The notes beneath the pieces are model-generated. The model ran no database searches. It was not told the origin of the DNA and was given only the letters and a program-made list of their open reading frames with translations. A DNA stretch of 64,000 bases from Candidatus Latescibacterota bacterium (GTDB lineage Bacteria > Latescibacterota > UBA2968 > UBA8231). This document shows, in pieces, positions 31,783 to 42,326 of this stretch. The stretch is taken from positions 1,856,001 to 1,920,000 of the forward strand of contig CBDCXV010000010.1 in NCBI GenBank assembly GCA_965223905.1. Direction: 5' to 3'. A program made the position numbers and the translations under genes. The first letter of the stretch is position 1. The number at the start of each line of letters is the position of its first letter.

Positions 31783-33452
31783 CCTGAATCCGTGATCACT
31801 TCTATAGCAAATGGTCAAGTTTGATATTTAGCATGATCAGGCACTTCTCAACAGAGGATTTGGGTGTCAACGACTCGCCATTACGGCTGATGCCGCTGTC
31901 GGTGGCTCTCGACGTCGGTGGGAGTCGCAAGAACGGGCATACGGGTGCCTTGCGTACGGCGGAGAGTCGAGTGCGGGTGAGATCGTCGCCTTCAGGTGCA
32001 CACACGCAGGTAGGTCCGTCTCCAGACATCGAACCAGGGATTGAAACACCCGAAGCTGAGGCCGAAACGGCGCGCATGCCGGACCCAGCGGGCCGCTTGG
32101 TACATGAGATCGAGAAGGACGCTGCGGAGACGACGACGGCCGGCCTTTTTACGAAAAGCCACGTGCTTTTCGGGGGGCAGATTGCCGGACTCGCGCAGAC
32201 CGATTTGGCCGCACAGGCGCAGAGCGTTGTAGGCCATCATGGCCAGCAGCAGCAGGAGCGCGTTGGTGGCGAACTTGCCCGACGGCAGGCGTTCCAGATC
32301 CAGGTCCGTTTTCAACTCGGAGTGGAATTGCTCGCAGGTGCTGTGCTCGCGGTAGAGCCGGATCACGTGCGCCGGCGGCGCCATCAGGTTGGTCCACCAG
32401 GTCTGCACCTCGATTTCGGGGATCAGCAGCGCCTGACCGTCGACGCTGATCGTGCGCCGCACGACCTCGTAAACGACGCGTTCGAAGGTGTCCTTGCGCT
32501 CGCACACCAGCGAGCCGGTGAAGATCTCCTTGCCGGGCCGCGGACAGGTGCGCTCGCCCAGGGCTTCGGCGTCCTCCAGCCAGGTCTGTTTCGATTCGCT
32601 GCGCAGGTTGCGTTTGACGATGAAGTCGGTCTTGGGAGTGCGGCGCAACTGCTGTACGGTGGCGATGTCGTCATGGGCGCTGTCCATGCGCACCAGCAGC
32701 TTTTCCTTGGTGATGCGGCGCGCCAGCCGCAGCGTCTCTCGAATAAAGTCCGGGGCTCCTTCCTGGGAGTGCTGACTGCCTTCGCGCAGCTGGCAGTTGA
32801 GCAGATACCCTTCCTCGCCCAGGTAGGCGAAGATCGGGGCAAAGCCGTCGACCTTCTTGTAGGTCCACGACACCCCTTGTTTTTTGGTGTGGGAGTTGTC
32901 GAACACCGACACGTCGATATCCAGCGCGATCCAGGGACCGTAGCGCCCGTCGGCGACTTCGTAACAGGGGGTGAGCGGCGGCGCGTGACGGGCCACCATG
33001 TCGGCCGACTCCTCTCGAATGGCGGTCTCCCCCTGTGCGCCCAAGCCATCGAGCCGCTGCCGCAGCGTGGCCGCCGACGGCACCGCATCCAGGCCCAGGG
33101 CCTGGGCGAAGAAGGGATCGGTGCGAAACGCTTCCACCGCCTCGAAATCCGGCTTGCCCAGCGCCAGCAAGCCGATCATCGACGTCATCACGTCGCCGTG
33201 AGAAACCTCGGGGCAGGGTCGCTCCGGCAAGAGGATTTCATCCACCCGCGCGGCCAAGCGCGTGCGTCCCATCAAGGCCCCGATCAAGGCCAAGCCCGAA
33301 TGCGAGGTCAGCGCTTCTTCGCCCTGCGTAACTTCATACGAAACCAGTCGCAATTCTTCACCTCCAAGGTGAGTGGATATCCTCCTCTAAGATAGCCCAC
33401 ATTCCCCTCGGAAAACCACCGAAAATCAAGCTCTGGACTTCACGGATTCAGG
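31783..33452 (-). mobile_element. IS1380-family element, second copy
   Basis: Same length, TIRs and translated ORFs as 17822-19491; flanks CTGAA / CTGCA. Confidence 0.9.
31992..33353 (-). CDS. IS1380-family transposase
   Basis: Protein identical to 18031-19392. Confidence 0.9.
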   Translation of the reverse strand: MRLVSYEVTQGEEALTSHSGLALIGALMGRTRLAARVDEILLPERPCPEVSHGDVMTSMIGLLALGKPDFEAVEAFRTDPFFAQALGLDAVPSAATLRQRLDGLGAQGETAIREESADMVARHAPPLTPCYEVADGRYGPWIALDIDVSVFDNSHTKKQGVSWTYKKVDGFAPIFAYLGEEGYLLNCQLREGSQHSQEGAPDFIRETLRLARRITKEKLLVRMDSAHDDIATVQQLRRTPKTDFIVKRNLRSESKQTWLEDAEALGERTCPRPGKEIFTGSLVCERKDTFERVVYEVVRRTISVDGQALLIPEIEVQTWWTNLMAPPAHVIRLYREHSTCEQFHSELKTDLDLERLPSGKFATNALLLLLAMMAYNALRLCGQIGLRESGNLPPEKHVAFRKKAGRRRLRSVLLDLMYQAARWVRHARRFGLSFGCFNPWFDVWRRTYLRVCT

Positions 33453-33769
33453 CTGCAAGACCAAGAGGCATTATCGGACGACTGCACCTGCCGAGACCGC
33501 AGCTGAGAGCAGGAGATCCTCGGTCGAACCGTACGCCGAACACCACACTCGCGACGAGCAGGGCCTTGAAACGAAATCAGCAACAGACCGGCCGATTACG
33601 CAATACGCCGATTACGCAATACAGTGTAACCAATCCTACCCACTGTCGTTTTCAAGCCCGACCTGCCACATACCTCCGTCAGGAAAAAAGGGCCCTTGTA
33701 CGTCCTATACGTTGGTTGCAGGTCATCGGTGATCCGTCTTCGCCAAGGCTTCGCCGGACAGGTCAGTGA

Positions 33770-34396
33770 TCTGGTCAGACGGCACCACCCACCTCCTGCT
33801 CTCACCCGTGGAATTGCTCGAGAAACTGGCCGCCCTCGTACCGCCGCCGCGACTCAACCTGATACGGTACCACGGCGTTCTGGCCCCCAGCGCTCGCGAC
33901 CGCGCCAGTATCGTGCCCGGCCGCGAAAATGACCCTGCATCCGAGTCCGAATCGGCCCACGGGCCCTGTTCGCATCGTCTGTCCTGGTGCCAATTGCTGA
34001 CGCGCGTGTTTTCGATTGACGTTACCGAGTGCCCCGACTGCGGAGGGCACATGAAAATAGTGGCTGCTCTTACCGATCCCGCCTCGATTCGGTCATACCT
34101 CGAGGGGGTGGGCCTGCCTGCAAGGCCTCCGCCCATTGCTCCAGCAAGGCGCGATCAGCAGTCTGAGTTCGAATACGCCGCCTGATAGGAGCGCGCTTGG
34201 ATTGATGCGCCCCAAATGATCATCCAGGTCGCAAAAACGGGAAAAACCGATCTCAGCCCTGGATTCCTCGCCCCCGGCACGCAGCCGATTGTCCCAACCC
34301 CGCATTCCGCCGTTTAAAAAAGATCCCGGAGCCCCTCGACACCACGCCACGCAACGATCTAAACTCACCATAACGCCACTTATCCATCCTATACTC
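33770..34396 (+). mobile_element. IS91/ISCR element 3' remnant: transposase C-terminus (to 34185) plus oriIS end (family A)
   Basis: LEKLAALVPPPRLNLIRYHGVLAP, WCQLLTRVF..CPDCGG..RPPP; ends CTTATCCATCCTATACTC. Confidence 0.85.
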
Positions 34397-34717
34397 CGGG
34401 CGAAACGACCGCAGAGCAACGGTATCTGCGAGCGATTTCACAAGACCATGCAGGACGAATTCTACTCCATTGCGTTTCGCAAGAAGCTGTACTACACTCT
34501 GGACCAACTGCAGGACGATCTGGATGCGTGGCTCGAGGATTACAACACCGTCCGCACCCATTCCGGAAGGTACTGCTACGGCAAGACGCCGATGCAGACC
34601 ATGCAAGATGCGAAGCATTTGAGCCAGGAAAAGATCCTGGACAACCAGGCAGAGGACACCTTACAACCCGCTGCCGCCTGATGAGCCGATCTGTCAGATC
34701 AAGTTCTGGCTATCACA
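34397..34717 (+). mobile_element. IS481-family 3' remnant
   Basis: PQSNGICERFHKT..YNTVRTHSGRYCYGKTP; right end TGTCAGATCAAGTTCTGGCTATCACA. Confidence 0.8.
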
Positions 34718-36354
34718 CGGAAGACGACCGCGCCCCCACGCGCTCCGCTCTCAGGCTGCCCTTCCTCCTGACCCTGTTTCTGATCCTCCTGTCGTTCGAT
34801 GCGGACGTCTACGCGAACATCCGCCTGCGCTGGAGCTTCTGGGGGGTCGCTCTGGCGCTGCTCGCATGGCAGCTGATTCTGTGGTACCGCGCCGCTGCCG
34901 CTGGTCGCTCCATGGAAATCCAGCTCCGCATCACCCGGGCGCATTGGGTCCAGGCCATCGTGCAGCTGTGTATTTACCTGTACTGGGGATGGCATTGGCG
35001 CAACACCTACGATCAGGCGACGCTGATCCTTGCCCAACTGGTGTTCGCTTACGTATTCGATATTCTGCTCGTCTGGTCCAAAAGGAATCACTACTTCCTG
35101 GGTTTCGGGCAGTTTCCCATCGTCTTGAGTACGAACCTGTTCCTGTGGTTCAAGGACGACTGGTTTGTCTGGCAGTTCGCGATGATCGCGGTCGGGCAGA
35201 TGGGCAAGGAGCTCATCAGCTGGAACAAGGAGGGCCGGCGCACCCACATCTTCAACCCCTCCGGCTTTTCACTCACGGTCTTCTCCATCGCCCTGCTGGC
35301 GACGGGCAACACCGGCCTGACCTGGGGTGAAGAGATCGCCAGGACTTTGGTGAGGCCGGAGTTCATCTACGTCGAGATCTTCCTGCTGGGCCTGGTCGTT
35401 CAGTATTTCTTTTCCGTCACCCTGGTCACCCTGTCTGCCGTAGCCGCCCTTTACGTGCTGAACTCCATCTACAGCGGAGTGACCGGCGGCTACTGGTTCA
35501 TAGGTACCAACGTCCCCGTCGCCATCTTCCTCGGTCTTCATCTGCTGGTGACGGATCCTTCGACGTCACCGCGGTCCGGGTGGGGCCGAGTGATGTTCGG
35601 GGCCCTGTACGGAGCCGCCGTCTTGGCCCTGTACGGTCTGCTGGAGTCGCTGCAGATGCCGTCGCATTACGACAAGCTCCTTTGCGTGCCCTTTCTCAAT
35701 CTGTCGATTCAGCTACTCGATCGATGGGGCGGATCGTTCGAGAGGGGGTTTCGACGGTTCACCCGGTTAGACGGCTTTCGCAGCATTCTGCGGACCAATA
35801 TCGCCCACATGAGCATCTGGGTAGCGTTTTTTGCGTTCGTCCATTTGACGGGATTCATCGGCAAGCAGCACGAGGGGAAGAGCACTTCATTCTGGCGTCA
35901 AGCGTGCAAGGATGGAACGCGCAATGGTTGCCGCAATCTGATGACCACGCTCGCGGGTTGGTGCCATCAGGGCAAGGGCGGGGCTTGCAACGAGGTGGCC
36001 GTGAAGTTCGATGAAGGGAAAATCATCGCGAGGTCACCATCAGGTGCGGTAAGGTATTTTCAGAAGGCCTGCGAGCTCGGCCTCCACGTGGGCTGCACGA
36101 ATGCCGTCATCGCCTATCTGTTTCGCCCTGAAGACCAGCTACAAAAAAGGGACGTAGCCGATGCATACAAGAAGATCGAAGAGCTGTGCGACGGGGAAGA
36201 AGACGGGTTGAGTTGCCTTCTCATCGGCTACTCCCACGCGAGTGGGCGCGGCGCCCGGCAAGATGTCACTCGTGCCGTCGAGTACTACGAGCGCGCCTGT
36301 CATCTGGGAACCACCGCTGGCTGCAAGGAGCTGGCCAAGATACTCAATCGATAG
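34718..36354 (+). CDS. RnfD/UnbU-like membrane protein with Sel1-like repeats, probably 5'-clipped
   Basis: HIFNPS, LLVTDPSTSP and repeated KACELG/RACHLG; no clear native start, and the stop codon lies in the adjacent repeat. Confidence 0.6.
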
Positions 36355-36562
36355 GAGCGCGCTTGGATTGATGCGCCCCAAATGATCATCCAGGTCGCAA
36401 AAACGGGAAAAACCGATCTCAGCCCTGGATTCCTCGCCCCCGGCACGCAGCCGATTGTCCCAACCCCGCATTCCGCCGTTTAAAAAAGATCCCGGAGCCC
36501 CTCGACACCACGCCACGCAACGATCTAAACTCACCATAACGCCACTTATCCATCCTATACTC
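36350..36562 (+). repeat. 213-bp direct repeat of the ISCR 3' end (34184-34396)
   Basis: Matches from GATAGGAGCGCG to CATCCTATACTC. Confidence 0.9.
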
Positions 36563-37360
36563 TTCAAGCGGAAAGGCACCCCTGACGCTGGAGTCGAGTG
36601 CTACGCTGTCTTGCCGGACAAATCGGAGTGGGGGTGGCAAGCTAAGTTTTTTGATTCCCTCGGCGCATCGCAGTGGTCTCAAATTGATGACTCCGTCAAC
36701 ACCGCCCTGAAAAAGCACCCAAACCTTGTCCGGTACTTCGTATGTGTTCCATACGATCGGCCCGACGCTCGAGTTCAGGGGAAACAGTCCGCGATGGAGC
36801 GGTGGGACGAGCATGTTTCTGAGTGGACGAGATGGGCCAACGAGGGAACGACGGAGGTGGAATTTGTCTATTGGGGTAGCCACGAATTGCTCGATTTGCT
36901 GGTGCAACCGAGGCATGCTGGACGAGTCCGTTTCTGGTTTGAAACGAGCAGCTTCAACGATGCTTGGTTTGATGCCCGAATGGAAGAGGCCAGGAAGACC
37001 GTGGGACCACGTTACACGCCAGAAATACACGTCGACTTGCCTATCGCCGAGGATTTCGACGCGTTCGGCCGGACGGGGCAGTTGTTTGACAGCGTCAAGA
37101 AGCAAGCACGGACGATCCGTAGCGGGCTTCGGACTTTCGGATACCGCGACAACTCTACGTCCGGCGAGACAGCAGATGAAGCTACGGCGTCTCTGATCGC
37201 AAAAGTAAACGTGATTCTCGAAGAGTTGGCTTGCCTCGAGTACCAGCCTGTTGGTCCTCTCCCATTTTCAAGAATCGCAGAGCAAGTCGCCGACGCGGAG
37301 GATGCAGCAGAGGCAGTCGAACAACTGGTGTTTGATCAAGAAACGGCGCATGATGAAGAG
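36563..37360 (+). pseudogene. Internal fragment of a restriction-endonuclease-like N-terminus of a STAND NTPase (Avs-like)
   Basis: PDAGVEC..WGWQAKFF..QIDDSV..GPRYTPE; both ends cut by ISCR-type sequence. Confidence 0.55.
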
Positions 37361-37735
37361 GAAACCCCAGCGGGTGACACGTCAGGTAAGTGTCCAACAT
37401 CATCGCTGAGAATCTGCACAGGTGCATACGTCCTTGGCCGCACGCAGGGCACACGCTTGGATCCACGCCCGTCACCTGCAAGACCAAGAGGCATTATCGG
37501 ACGACTGCACCTGCCGAGACCGCAGCTGAGAGCAGGAGATCCTCGGTCGAACCGTACGCCGAACACCACACTCGCGACGAGCAGGGCCTTGAAACGAAAT
37601 CAGCAACAGACCGGCCGATTACGCAATACGCCGATTACGCAATACAGTGTAACCAATCCTACACACTGTCGTTTTCAAGCCCGACCTGCCACATACCTCC
37701 GTCAGGAAAAAAGGGCCCTTGTACGTCCTATACGT
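37361..37735 (+). mobile_element. IS91/ISCR mini-element copy B2 (375 bp)
   Basis: Direct repeat with 39496-39891; oriIS-like end. Confidence 0.85.
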
Positions 37736-37748
37736 TTAGGAGTTTATA

Positions 37749-38360
37749 TTGGAAGATATTCGTATCTACTTTGTCGGTGATTCGTTCATCAATGGCACCG
37801 GTGATCCCCAATATCTCGGCTGGCCAGGTCGCGTCTGCGCAGCATCGAGATCGGCGCAGGTGGGGATTACCTGCTATAACCTCGGCATCCGCGCGGACAC
37901 GAGTGCCGATATTTTGCGCCGCTGGGAGCGCGAGGTGGAAGCCCGGCTTCTGCGTCCCCACGATGCCCGCATCGTGTTCGGCTTTGGTGCCAACGACTGT
38001 TGGATCGAAGAGGGACGCACCCGCGTGACCCGTACGGATTCTGAGACAAATACCTATGACATCCTATCGCGTGCCAGCGCACGTTACCCCACTTTGATGA
38101 TCGGTCCGCCACCGGCACTCGATCCGGATGAAGACGCGCGTCGGCAAGATATGTCATCCCTATTGCAAGATATTGCGACGCGTGCCGGCGTGGCCTATCT
38201 GGAAGTCATTCATGCACTCCGCGAAGGCAGGATTTGGCAAGAGGAACAGGCTTTGGGTGATACCATCCATCCCGCAGCGGGCGGCTATGCGGCCTTGGCG
38301 CAACTGGTGCTCGAATGGCCGCAATGGTGGTTCCATTCGAGTGGTGACAGCACGGCTTAA
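37749..38360 (+). CDS. GDSL/SGNH esterase
   Basis: VGDSF, NLGI, GAND and DTIHP; AGGAG RBS with TTG start. Confidence 0.85.
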   Translation: MEDIRIYFVGDSFINGTGDPQYLGWPGRVCAASRSAQVGITCYNLGIRADTSADILRRWEREVEARLLRPHDARIVFGFGANDCWIEEGRTRVTRTDSETNTYDILSRASARYPTLMIGPPPALDPDEDARRQDMSSLLQDIATRAGVAYLEVIHALREGRIWQEEQALGDTIHPAAGGYAALAQLVLEWPQWWFHSSGDSTA

Positions 38361-38380
38361 GCAGATAAGGAGCAGGAGAG

Positions 38381-39133
38381 ATGGACCGTGAAGTATTCCG
38401 TTTTGCCTTTATCACGGATACGCAGATCGGCATGAATAGCCCATTCGGGTTACATGGGCCCGGATCCGATAAGGCGCGCTTGGATGCCGCCATCGCCTAC
38501 ATAAACGCGCAGGCGATCGACTTCGTCATCTTGGGTGGCGATCAGATCCATCAAATCGACGGTCCGGATACCGATGCGCAACTCGACATCCTGGAGACAT
38601 CGTTATCGGCGCTTACGATGCCCTACTATGGGGTTACGGGCAATCATGATCAGGGTGACCCGAGCAAAAGCTGGAAGTATATAGCGCGCGGCTTACCGGT
38701 TCGTTTTTCGTTTGTCCATAAAAACAGCTTCCTGGTAGGTGTCAACGCGGCGTGGCTCAGGGGTGACTTTGGCGATGCCTATCAGCAAGAGGCGTGGCAA
38801 AATCTGGTGAGCGCACTCACCGATAGTCCGGCCACTTGCAAACACCGCTTTGTCGTGATGCACTGGCCGCTTTTCACCGCTTACCCAGAGGAACCGGATG
38901 ATGGTTTTAATATGCCCAATAGGAGCCAGCTGATCGATCTATTGGCGCAACACAGCGTCTCCTGCGTGCTTGCCGGCCATTGGCATCAGGATATCGAGGC
39001 CCGTTGGCGTGGCGTCAGTCTGATCACCAGTGCCGGAACCTCGCGGGCGGTTCAATATCCGGAACAGCGCGCCTTCAAGGTGATCACCGTTTTTGATGAT
39101 GGTTGGTCGGTTCGGCGCGTATCCGTTGAGTAG
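38381..39133 (+). CDS. Calcineurin-like metallophosphoesterase
   Basis: DTQ, GGD, GNHD, HWP and GHWH motifs. Confidence 0.85.
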   Translation: MDREVFRFAFITDTQIGMNSPFGLHGPGSDKARLDAAIAYINAQAIDFVILGGDQIHQIDGPDTDAQLDILETSLSALTMPYYGVTGNHDQGDPSKSWKYIARGLPVRFSFVHKNSFLVGVNAAWLRGDFGDAYQQEAWQNLVSALTDSPATCKHRFVVMHWPLFTAYPEEPDDGFNMPNRSQLIDLLAQHSVSCVLAGHWHQDIEARWRGVSLITSAGTSRAVQYPEQRAFKVITVFDDGWSVRRVSVE

Positions 39134-39137
39134 TCTG

Positions 39138-39180
39138 AGAAGCGGTTTCGGACCACAACATAGGTTTTGAAACCACTTCT
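39138..39180. repeat. Short inverted-repeat element
   Basis: AGAAGCGGTTTC ... GAAACCACTTCT. Confidence 0.4.
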
Positions 39181-39197
39181 AATCATCTGAGGTCATT

Positions 39198-39495
39198 ATG
39201 GAACGGCATACCATTCACTATGAGGTGATGAACAGCCAGCAGCAGGCTGAAAGTGGCCGACATTGGGCCATCGATGTGCAGGCGACACCCAAGGAGCTAC
39301 AGACGTTCGCCGAAACGGGTTACCTGATTCGCGAAGGGTTGTTTGCCGGGGCGCTGCTGCAACAGCTGCGTGATGCGCTAGATCGACTGGAGGCGCGCGA
39401 ATCAGAAAAGCGCGATAGCGCCGTGCAAGGCGAGCGATCCTGGGGTTTTATCCCGCGCCATCTGATGGATAAGGACGAAGTATTTCTGGGGCTTC
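39198..39495 (+). pseudogene. 5' fragment of a PhyH-like dioxygenase
   Basis: FAETGYLIREGLF..HLMDKDEVF, cut by the mini-element. Confidence 0.65.
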
Positions 39496-39891
39496 GAAAC
39501 CCCAGCGGGTGACACGTCAGGTAAGTGTCCAACATCATCGCTGAGAATCTGCACAGGTGCATACGTCCTTGGCCGCACGCAGGGCACACGCTTGGATCCA
39601 CGCCCGTCACCTGCAAGACCAAGAGGCATTATCGGACGACTGCACCTGCCGAGACCGCAGCTGAGAGCAGGAGATCCTCGGTCGAACCGTACGCCGAACA
39701 CCACACTCGCGACGAGCAGGGCCTTGAAACGAAATCAGCAACAGACCGGCCGATTACGCAATACGCCGATTACGCAATACAGTGTAACCAATCCTACCCA
39801 CTGTCGTTTTCAAGCCCGACCTGCCACATACCTCCGTCAGGAAAAAAGGGCCCTTGTACGTCCTAAAAGGGCCCTTGTACGTCCTATACGT
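39496..39891 (+). mobile_element. IS91/ISCR mini-element copy B3 (396 bp)
   Basis: As B2 plus a 21-bp duplication AAAGGGCCCTTGTACGTCCTA at the oriIS end. Confidence 0.85.
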
Positions 39892-40030
39892 CGACCCGCT
39901 CAAGGGCGACCAGATCGCAAAGCTCGTCACCTGGAAGAGTGATGGGCAGGGTCCGTTTCCCGGAAGGCCAGTGCGGGTGCGGTTTGAGGTCAAAGACGCG
40001 GAGGTGTATTCGTTTCGGTTCAAGAATTGA
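39892..40030 (+). pseudogene. 3' fragment of a GH32-like propeller gene
   Basis: DPLKGDQIAKLVTWK..GRPVRVRFEVKDAEVYSFRFKN*. Confidence 0.65.
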
Positions 40031-40159
40031 GCGACGTATTACTACGCTATGCCGAAGACAGCCATTGACACGGCCTGCCGACCGCATAGAATGCACATCG
40101 AACGGCACGCCGTCTCGGTAACGGCGGCCCTACGGGAACCCCGGGAGAAGGAGAGGACC

Positions 40160-41719
40160 ATGGCACACGCAACTCAGGTATGGCCTGTCGGGACACGCAA
40201 ACAGCTTCTGTTTGACCGTCGCTTCGTCGAGTCTTCCGAGGGCCTGCAGTTCACGGTCAATCTCCCCCTTCAGCGTACACCAGTCAATCTGCCGTCCCTC
40301 CGCGGTCTGCAGCACGCCGGCGGTTTGACGGTACTCGACGTCGACGGACGTCTGTGGCTGTACTACCTCATGATGCCGATCGAGATGATGCCGAACGAGG
40401 CGTCTGATCAGCTAAATTGCATGTGCTGCCTGGCGTACTCGGGCGACGGCATCGACTGGGAACTGGCGCAGGTGGACCGGTTCGAGGTGGCGGGATTGGC
40501 TCAGAACAACGTGGTCATGCCCGGTGCGGTCGGCACGCCGTTCCTCGATCCCCGGGAGACATGCGGCTGCCGATTCTGGTTCGCGGGATCGCTGGGCGAG
40601 CGCACCGAGCCGCCCATCTGGGACGAAGCCCGGGAAACGTACTACGGCTATTTCGACGACGGCCGGAAAGTCCACGTCCACGGCGCGGTGTACCTGCTCC
40701 ATTCGGAGGATGGCATATCGTGGCGCCGACTGCGCAGCGGCGTCGTGGTTCCCTTCCGCTGCGACACGCAGAACCAGGTCCTCTACGATGCCGGCGCCGG
40801 CGCCTACGTTGCATATCTGCGCGGCGCGGCGGCCGCGGGTACGTGGGGCCCGGGCTGGGGGAGAAGGCGGACGGTCGCCCGCCTGACTTCGCCCGAGCTC
40901 ACGCAGTTGCCGTTCGACTTCCATGAGGACACGACGCTTCCCAGGAGCCCGGTCGGGCTTTACGACCGGCTGCCGCCGCAGTGCGCGCCGGTGGTCATGG
41001 CGGGTGACGAGCGTGATCCGCCGGCCACGGACGTCTACACGCCCTGCGTCAACCCGTACGTATGGGCGGACGACGCCATCTTTGCCTTCCCATCCATGTT
41101 CCGCCAATACGGCGAGCAGGACAGCCATGGGCGGGACCATCGAGGGCAGAACCCGAAAGACGGCCCAGTGGAGGTGCAGCTCGCCGTGAGCCGCGACGGC
41201 GTCACATTCGAACGGTTCCGCACGCCCTACGTTGGTCTTGGTCTGATAGACGAGTCGCACCTCGGAGGATCAGTCTACATGGGGGTGGGCCTGATCCGGC
41301 GAGGCAACTTCGTCTACCAGTACTACACCGAGGCAGCGACCACCCACGGAACCCCTGACACGGACGTGCGCATCTGGCAGGCCAAACAGCGTCTGGACGG
41401 TTTCGTCTCGGTAGATGCAGGGCCGGAGGACGGTTGGTTTGTGACGCCGCCGATCGAGTTCGCTGGGAGCCGTCTGCAGCTGAACATCGACTGCGGCGCG
41501 ACGGGCGAAGCGTGGGTCGAACTCCAGGACGAAACCGGGAAGCCGTTGCCCGGGTACACGTTCCAGGACGCCGTGTCGGTCGACCGGAACGGTGTCGCAC
41601 AGGAGGTCTGGTGGCGGGGCGGCCCGGACGTCGGCTCACTGAGTGGCCGGCCTGTCCGGATGCGCGTCACGATGCGCTCAGCGAAGCTCTACGCGTTCCA
41701 GTTTGTGGAGGCCGGCTGA
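40160..41719 (+). CDS. GH32/GH43-like beta-propeller protein
   Basis: KQLLFD, YSGDGIDW, CDTQN, SRDG, RLDGF and LYAFQF; AAGGAG RBS. Confidence 0.7.
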   Translation: MAHATQVWPVGTRKQLLFDRRFVESSEGLQFTVNLPLQRTPVNLPSLRGLQHAGGLTVLDVDGRLWLYYLMMPIEMMPNEASDQLNCMCCLAYSGDGIDWELAQVDRFEVAGLAQNNVVMPGAVGTPFLDPRETCGCRFWFAGSLGERTEPPIWDEARETYYGYFDDGRKVHVHGAVYLLHSEDGISWRRLRSGVVVPFRCDTQNQVLYDAGAGAYVAYLRGAAAAGTWGPGWGRRRTVARLTSPELTQLPFDFHEDTTLPRSPVGLYDRLPPQCAPVVMAGDERDPPATDVYTPCVNPYVWADDAIFAFPSMFRQYGEQDSHGRDHRGQNPKDGPVEVQLAVSRDGVTFERFRTPYVGLGLIDESHLGGSVYMGVGLIRRGNFVYQYYTEAATTHGTPDTDVRIWQAKQRLDGFVSVDAGPEDGWFVTPPIEFAGSRLQLNIDCGATGEAWVELQDETGKPLPGYTFQDAVSVDRNGVAQEVWWRGGPDVGSLSGRPVRMRVTMRSAKLYAFQFVEAG

Positions 41720-41927
41720 AGGGGGCGCGCCGAGCGGCGATCGAGGGCGCACCCGCTATCTTCGATCCATCAGGCGACCACGCCGGACGACCCTGAACAT
41801 CGGTGTCAAACCCATCGGCACTCGGGTGGCGGGTCAGATTCGTTGCGTCCTCCTTGTGGAATCATAGGCGATGTAATGAAGCGATTTCTGCCTATCGGAG
41901 GATTTGCGTCGCGTCAGTTTGGCAAAA

Positions 41928-42322
41928 TCACATAGAGCTGAGAATTCGTCCGCGCTCGCCCACGAGCCAGAAGATGACCCCCCAGACGCCGTTGAGCGTC
42001 ACCTCGCCGATGATGAGCCCGAGGAAGAAGGGCTTGAATGTCTGAAACAGCGAGCCGCCCCCGTAGCGTATGATGGTCAGCTTGAGCACCCAGGCGACCA
42101 GCGCGGGGAACCAAATGTGGCCGGCCAGCCAGCCGACGCTGATGGCGAAACCCAGCGGATGCAGAGGCCACCAGAACCAGCGGTGCTGCGCCAGCGATAG
42201 CAGACCCGAGCCCAACGCGCCGATCCCCTTGAACAACCAGCCGCGCATGTTGGCGTCGGGCGGATCGAGCACCAGGGGCGCGATATTGGGCCAGCCGTGC
42301 GCACCGACCCAGCTGATGTCGC
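41928..42322 (-). pseudogene. 3' fragment of a DUF6785-type transporter (copy 5)
   Basis: ISWVGAHGWP..WWPLHPLGF..KPFFLGL..GERGRILSSM. Confidence 0.8.
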
Positions 42323-42326
42323 CGAG

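Larger units (their letters stand above)
31614..33712 (+). mobile_element. IS91/ISCR mini-element copy B1 (long form), interrupted by IS1380
   Basis: 31614-31782 plus 33453-33712 match 59063-59461 (reverse) and 37361-37735; ends GTACGTCCTATACGT. Confidence 0.8.

Noticed and set aside
33734-33762. REP-like palindromes (CCGTCTTCGCCAAGGCTTCGCCGGACAGG; also 4-23 and ~28129-28154)
   Set aside because: Each is single-copy in the window and mutually dissimilar, so a family cannot be established.
36455-37780. 441-aa ORF as a real gene (likewise 34289-34681 and the 34528 start)
   Set aside because: Read-through across non-coding ISCR repeats and unrelated fragments.
39155-39175. Possible oriIS on the minus strand (GTTTCAAAACCTATG)
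   Set aside because: Weak match within an apparently continuous operon; better explained by the short inverted repeat.
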